Part shown: positions 58,423 through 64,000 of the stretch, one piece after another
Layout: each line of letters starts with the position of its first letter
Position numbering within the stretch: the first letter of the stretch is position 1
NCBI RefSeq assembly: GCF_018350175.1
Contig: NC_058368.1
Span: forward strand, 193,256,001-193,320,000
Reading direction: 5' to 3'
Source of the DNA: Felis catus
Taxonomy: Eukaryota
DNA: 64,000 nt
The notes under the pieces: generated by a model
The model's database searches: none
Seen by the model: the letters and a program-made list of their open reading frames with translations, nothing else
What the model was told of the DNA's origin: nothing
Made by a program: the position numbers and the translations under genes

Positions 58423-59829
58423 ACATAATTTGACTTCCCTCTTACTGATGGCCACAATTGCTGGCCGAGATGCAGAAAATGATGCTTTTCATTTGTGTAT
58501 CCAGTGAAGCCTTTATTCTCCTGTCACTGCATTCATTTTAATACTTCCATGTGGCTTTTGGAGCTTCTGAAAGTTCTACTCTTGTGTTTCTCAATGGTCT
58601 GTGAAACTGCGGGGCACTGGAGCCTGGCTCTGGGTCTAGCCACCAGGTAGCAGAGGATTAAAGTTGAAAGGGAAGGAGGCACTGAGCTGAAGTTCCCCAG
58701 GGATGGGGCCACCCCCAGACAGTCCCTGCGCATATCACACCTGCTACATTTGCAGAATCCCCTCACCTGGGTCAATGGAGAGGGACAGGTGATTCTGATG
58801 CAGGTGGTCCCAGCAGAAACCCCCAAGCCTAGTCCCAAGGCACAAAGCATCTGTCACACATTTCTTGCATCATAACTGTCTACACGCCCTTGTGATATTC
58901 TTCCTTGCAGCAATGAATCTGTGTCCTACAAGAGGCTTATGTTTTCTAAAGGCGAAATATTCTATAATTTCAGGTGGCTTCCATCAACTTCCCTGCGTTT
59001 CTACTCTCAGCATCCCTTCCTTCCTCCTGCAACACTTAAATGACACAAGATGAGCAAGAGAAGGAGATTTGCATGACTGCCTCTGGGAGGGGAGGTGGGA
59101 AAACAGGAGGTGCACGGGGTAGATTTCTCATCACTTCTCAGTGTCATGGCATATTGGTTGCTATGGAACTATTGTATGAATGCAAAGGTCAGACTGTCGT
59201 TGGTTATTAGTTTGGGATCTGCTCATTGGTTATCCTGTTCCCATGGTGAATCAGTTGCTTGGCCTGACAAGTAGATTAGCTGGGGTGGAGGTGTGTGTGG
59301 TATAAGGTTCCTGGAGATCTCCAAAGTGCCATCACTCTTCCACTTGAGACTTCTCACTGAGACTAATTATCTTCACTAGGTGGAGATAATTATCATACAT
59401 TCTGATACATTTTAAGATCAGGAATAAAAGAGTTTTGAAAGCCGTAGTCATAATTTCCCATTTTCTTCTATTCTTCTAGGACCTTCTAAACCTCTCTTGT
59501 TCTGCTTACTAAGGTCATATGAACCCAGAAAAGTACGGACTCCATGGACAAGCCAATAAGTAAGTGGGGGCTGTGGGAATAAAGAGCTGAAGAGGCTCCT
59601 TCTTAGCTCACTTGCAGGCAATAAATAGAACCTTGGGTTGAGACTGCCTGGTAAGCAGCACTGGATTGGGCATCAACAGGCCCAAGGGATTATCTTGGTC
59701 ACCTCAGAGGATATCCCTTTCACCTCTTAGGCCTCAGTTTCCTTGTGCATAACATGATATGGATAAACCAGATCATCCTAATGATCCTGCCCAAAGCTAA
59801 AGGTCTTTGGAACTGTGGTTCCATGTTTT

Positions 59830-60615
59830 CCAAATGCTCCCTACCTCTTGGGTCCACCTTGGACTCTTCCCTTTCCTCACTCTCATATATCCAGTCCATC
59901 AGCAAGTGCTGTCAGTTCGAGTTTCAAAGTAGCCCACAAATCCATCTCCTTGACCATCATAATTTCCATCACTGTAATTTCCTCTGGACAGCCATAAGAT
60001 CCTCTTGCTTGGTTTCTCTGCTTCCACTCTTGACTATTCTCTGCCCAATTCATTTTCCTCATCGCTCCCTGGAGTGGTATTTTAGCATGTAAATCAATCC
60101 TTGCCTTGCTTAAAACTCTCCAATGTCTTCTCAATGTATTGAAAGTAAAACTCCAAAACTATACTAGAATCCAGGGTCCTGCATAATCTGGACTCTGCCT
60201 ACTTCTCTAATGTTATCTCAAACCCCTGTTCTCATTCACTGGGTACTCTTTCCATCTTTGAAAGCATTAAGCTCTTTTCCATCTCAGACCCTTGCACATG
60301 GCTAGTATGTTTCTCAGTTCTATGCAAGCCTACCTCTTTTTCACCTATCAAATCCTCAGAGAAACTTTCTCAGAACTCCTTAAGTAAGTCCCCTGTAATT
60401 CTTCTTCCCTTATTATCTATTGTTATAGCAGAGTCATTTTATTCATAGCACATCACAATTTATACATTCACAATTGCCTGTTTAATGTCTGTCTTACAGC
60501 ACTATTCTTGCCAGATCCTTGAAGCAAACACTCCAGCCCCCATGCTGCTCATTGATGTATATTGTCATATCCTCAGCCCACTGCAGCATGCCATGCATGG
60601 CCAATAAATGAATGA
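59830..60615 (+). mobile_element. L2 LINE 3' fragment
   Basis: GACTCTTCCCTTTCCTCAC...CCAGTCCATCAGCAAGTGCTGTC...GCTTAAAACTCTCCAATG...CAATAAATGAATGA. Confidence 0.7.
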
Positions 60616-62609
60616 CACTGGTCACAAATAGGGGGAAAAGGGTACAGAAAAGAAGATTGAGGGAACTAAAGATAAATTTTGCTGTTTTGACAGTTTTGTC
60701 CCTCCTTTAATATATCTCTTCTCAAAATGTTCCTCTCCATGGGAAAATGAATCTAAAGATCTCTTAAAAATAGGTCGTTGGACACAAGAAGCAGGCCTAT
60801 GAAGTCAATTCATGGATAGCATTTTAATCTCACCATCGGCCTAATGAAAAAAATTGTAATGTGTGATCACAGCTAAACTGAATCGTAACTCTGAATATTA
60901 AAATGGCTTGCACAAAACCAATTTCACATATAAATATGTTAAAGGGAGGTGGGAAAAGTCTTTAAAGAATTTCAAGAGGATTTACTGGCATATGCCATTG
61001 AATGTGTTAATTACAGATGATTTATTCATGATATAAGTGCAGAAAAACATTAACTTCAGGCACTATGGCCAGTGCTGCTGGTGACCCACCCCAACATCTA
61101 TCCCCATATGTTCCCCTCTAGAGGCTAGAATACCTAAATTCTTGCTCTACTGGCCTTGCTTGCCACTAGGAAGGAAGGGCCACTGTTCTCACTAATAAGA
61201 TAGAAGCAGATATCAGCTGCTGGGGTAGGAAGTATTCCATTAAGCTTTTGTTTTTCTGATCCAAAGAGACAGAAATGGCAACACTCCTTCCCTTTCTTGT
61301 TGTTTGAACACGGACGCAATATCTTGGTGTAGCCATCTTGTGAATATGAGAAAATGTCAAGACAGTCACAAAACAGCAGATCCTGATTTCACTGAACCAT
61401 GAACCACTGACTACTTCTGTTTTTCTAATAACGTAAGAAAGATAACTATCTGTTCATATTGCTGTGGTCAGATTATTGTGTTAATTGCAGGCAACCACAT
61501 TTAGCTACATTTTGTTGGCTTTTGGGTGACAGACATTAACATGAACTTTGAAGAGATTAAAAGAGATAAAGCTACTTGTGTATGAATGTACATACATGTA
61601 ATTCAGATGGCACTTGGTTTTCCAAATTCTAAATTAGTGAGGATTTATGATATTTTAAGTAAACAGCAAGAGTAACTAATTGAAGCTCGTTTGAAAGGAT
61701 GTTTGATGCAAACAAGCCCCTTAAAGTTCTTCCCACCACAGCACCCAGAGTGTCTCTGACACAGTACTTTGCATGTCAGAGGCTCATGACACGTATGACT
61801 TCATCAGGGAATACATAGACAGCAACAATAAAAGCTTCTGTTGATGTTTGCAGCTGCTTGCTTGGTCTCTGGCTCTGATCACTCACTGTCTAAGTGTCCT
61901 TGTCTTTTTTGTATGGCCCAAGTGAGATGAAGTACATGCCTTTTCTTTTAGCGTGTATTTCCAGGATACACTGTAGTGTATACTCTGACTCTCAGGGTTT
62001 CTACAGGCCTCTAAGCTCTGGGAATGGCCAGGGTGGGCCTGATAAGGAAAAGTCCACCTCAAGTAGATATTACTTCTTATTCTGGAATGTTTACTCTTTT
62101 GTCTGTAAGACTCTTTAATCCAAAATGACAAATCCTTCCTCCCAGTTCCTGTGAGAAGAAGTCTCAGGAATCCTGGTGTTGCTGGTCTCTGGGATCAACC
62201 ACTGGCTGTTTCTGCTTTGTCCCTGGACTTCGCAAGAAGGGAGAAGTCCAGTGGCTTTCACATCAGTGTGAGCACCCTTTCTTCCAGTGAAGTTTAGTAG
62301 AAACCCAATATATAAAATCAGTAAAATAATAAAAAATGGCCCTTGTCTTATAGTGCTTCCTGGATATTATATTATGGGTCCTACATATATCAATCTATTT
62401 TAAACCTCATAACAATACTTAAGGTGGTAACAGTTCCATTTACCAGTGAAAAAAACAGGCATAGAGTGGAGGTGTTCTATCAAAGATTGGGAGGAAGGAG
62501 GCTGGGATGGGTCCTTCATAGTCTCCTTTTCACCTCAGTGTCGGTTCCTAAGATACTCTAGAGGAACCCTTAGAAGACCTGGAGACAATGTTTGAAAATC
62601 CTTTTGCAG

Positions 62610-62830
62610 CCCGAGGTCACAAACTCAAATACTCTCCCGGGGGCCAGCTGAGTAACAAAGGAATGAAGGTGGTTACCTGGGGGCTGCAGTGCGGTGGAGT
62701 GTGCAAGGATCAGCTAAGGGGGTGGCTGCCACTCAGCTTTGCATAACCATTGCCAAATTCTGTGCGGATCAAACACAAACATGCCTCCCAGAGGACTTAG
62801 CTTTTGTGGGCCACCAACGTGAGACAATCG
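62610..62830. mobile_element. MER102-like hAT fragment
   Basis: GAGGTCACAAACTCAAATACTCTCCCGGGGGCCAG...CAAACACAAACATG...GTGGGCCACCAACGTGAGAC. Confidence 0.55.
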
Positions 62831-64000
62831 GAGAATAGGTGGAGACTCTGAAAACGTATCCTGAGGTCAGACCACTTGGGTGCCATTAGAAGGTGAGATG
62901 CCCACTGATGAAGGAAATAATGGAGAAAAACAAGCCCATGGGTCTTTTTGGACATATGCATATTGTGATGGCCCTATGTTATACTGACTAGCTAAGAGTC
63001 ATTTCTTCCCACTGTTTATCTACTGGCCTGATTTATTTTTAAGCAAGTCCTTCCCCTACTTGGTTCTGTCTACTCTTCACCATGTGTTTGCCAGTATTGG
63101 CCAAGCATCCAGTCTCACACCTCCTCTCCCACGCACCCCACCCCCCAACTGTCTTCTTATTTAAAGAAAAACAAGATTATAATGGTGAACAATGAGACTA
63201 CCTAAATTATACAGCAGCCAAAATGAGTCCTGAGGGAAGATCCTTAGGAAGAGTTTATTCCTTTGCTACTCAGGAATATTGGTTCTCATTGACACTCAAA
63301 TGCAAAACAGACAGGTGGCTAAGATGCCTCCAGCACTTGCCTATAAGGCCTTAATATTTATGTAACTTGCCCCCAGAAGGTGACAATGTGTGCAAATCTA
63401 TTTATGACAGCCAAGTTCTAAGTCATGCCTCCCCACATGCTTTAGAAACTTGGTAGTCTACAAGGGACTGCCTAATGGAAAAGGAGTTCATAGACACTGA
63501 ACAACTGTAAAAGGAAAGGGAAATACAGTCAGTGCTTGTATATCAGATAAACTGGAGGGGATCTGTCACATGAACATTCCAGAATGTAGTTGAAAGAACA
63601 TCATACACAAAGACAGGAGGTCAATAAATGTGAGGACTGGGCTAGATTGGGAGTTTTCAAGTTTCTTTTATGCCCCCGCCGCCTTTCCATCCTTCCTCCT
63701 TTTTTTCTTTCTTGGCTTAGGAATCGTTTTTTTGAAAAAAACAATAATATTTGCAGTCTAATGTATAAAACAGACAAAGTGGACCTACTGTGGTTCCATG
63801 TGGAGGCTGCGGCCTCACTGATTTGGGCACCCTAGCACTCTCAATGCACTATCTGAGGCACCTCTGAGAAATCCCATGTTCGAACTACAAGAAACAAATT
63901 TACATCACCATTAGAACTAGATTATTTCCAAGGTCTGTTCAGAACTAAGAAAAAGAGAACCCTTTTCTCTTAAAAATGAAGAAACCTAGGTCTGCTAGGT

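Overview
Mammalian (felid, judged from many Felidae-type CanSINE/SINEC_Fc copies) genomic DNA lying entirely inside GRIA1 (AMPA receptor subunit GluA1), transcribed on the minus strand. Only two coding exons are present: 21729-21531 (199 nt; M3 helix with SYTANLAAF and start of S2) and 16296-16049 (248 nt; S2 ligand-binding segment ending at the R/G-site codon), conventionally exons 12 and 13. The rest is intron, filled with CanSINEs, MIR/L2/L1 fragments, MaLR LTRs, hAT MITEs and microsatellites. I found no prokaryote-type system, CRISPR array or second gene. Best leads: (1) an apparently vestigial R/G-editing-type hairpin, with a second competing complementary element and a decoy copy, over the exon 13 donor of a paralog regarded as unedited; (2) two near-identical young SINEs in inverted orientation bracketing exons 12-13, whose 447-nt back-spliced circle would be a stop-free ORF. 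Both are sequence-based hypotheses, not demonstrated functions. Repeat family names and boundaries are from recall of consensus sequences and need Dfam/RepeatMasker confirmation.
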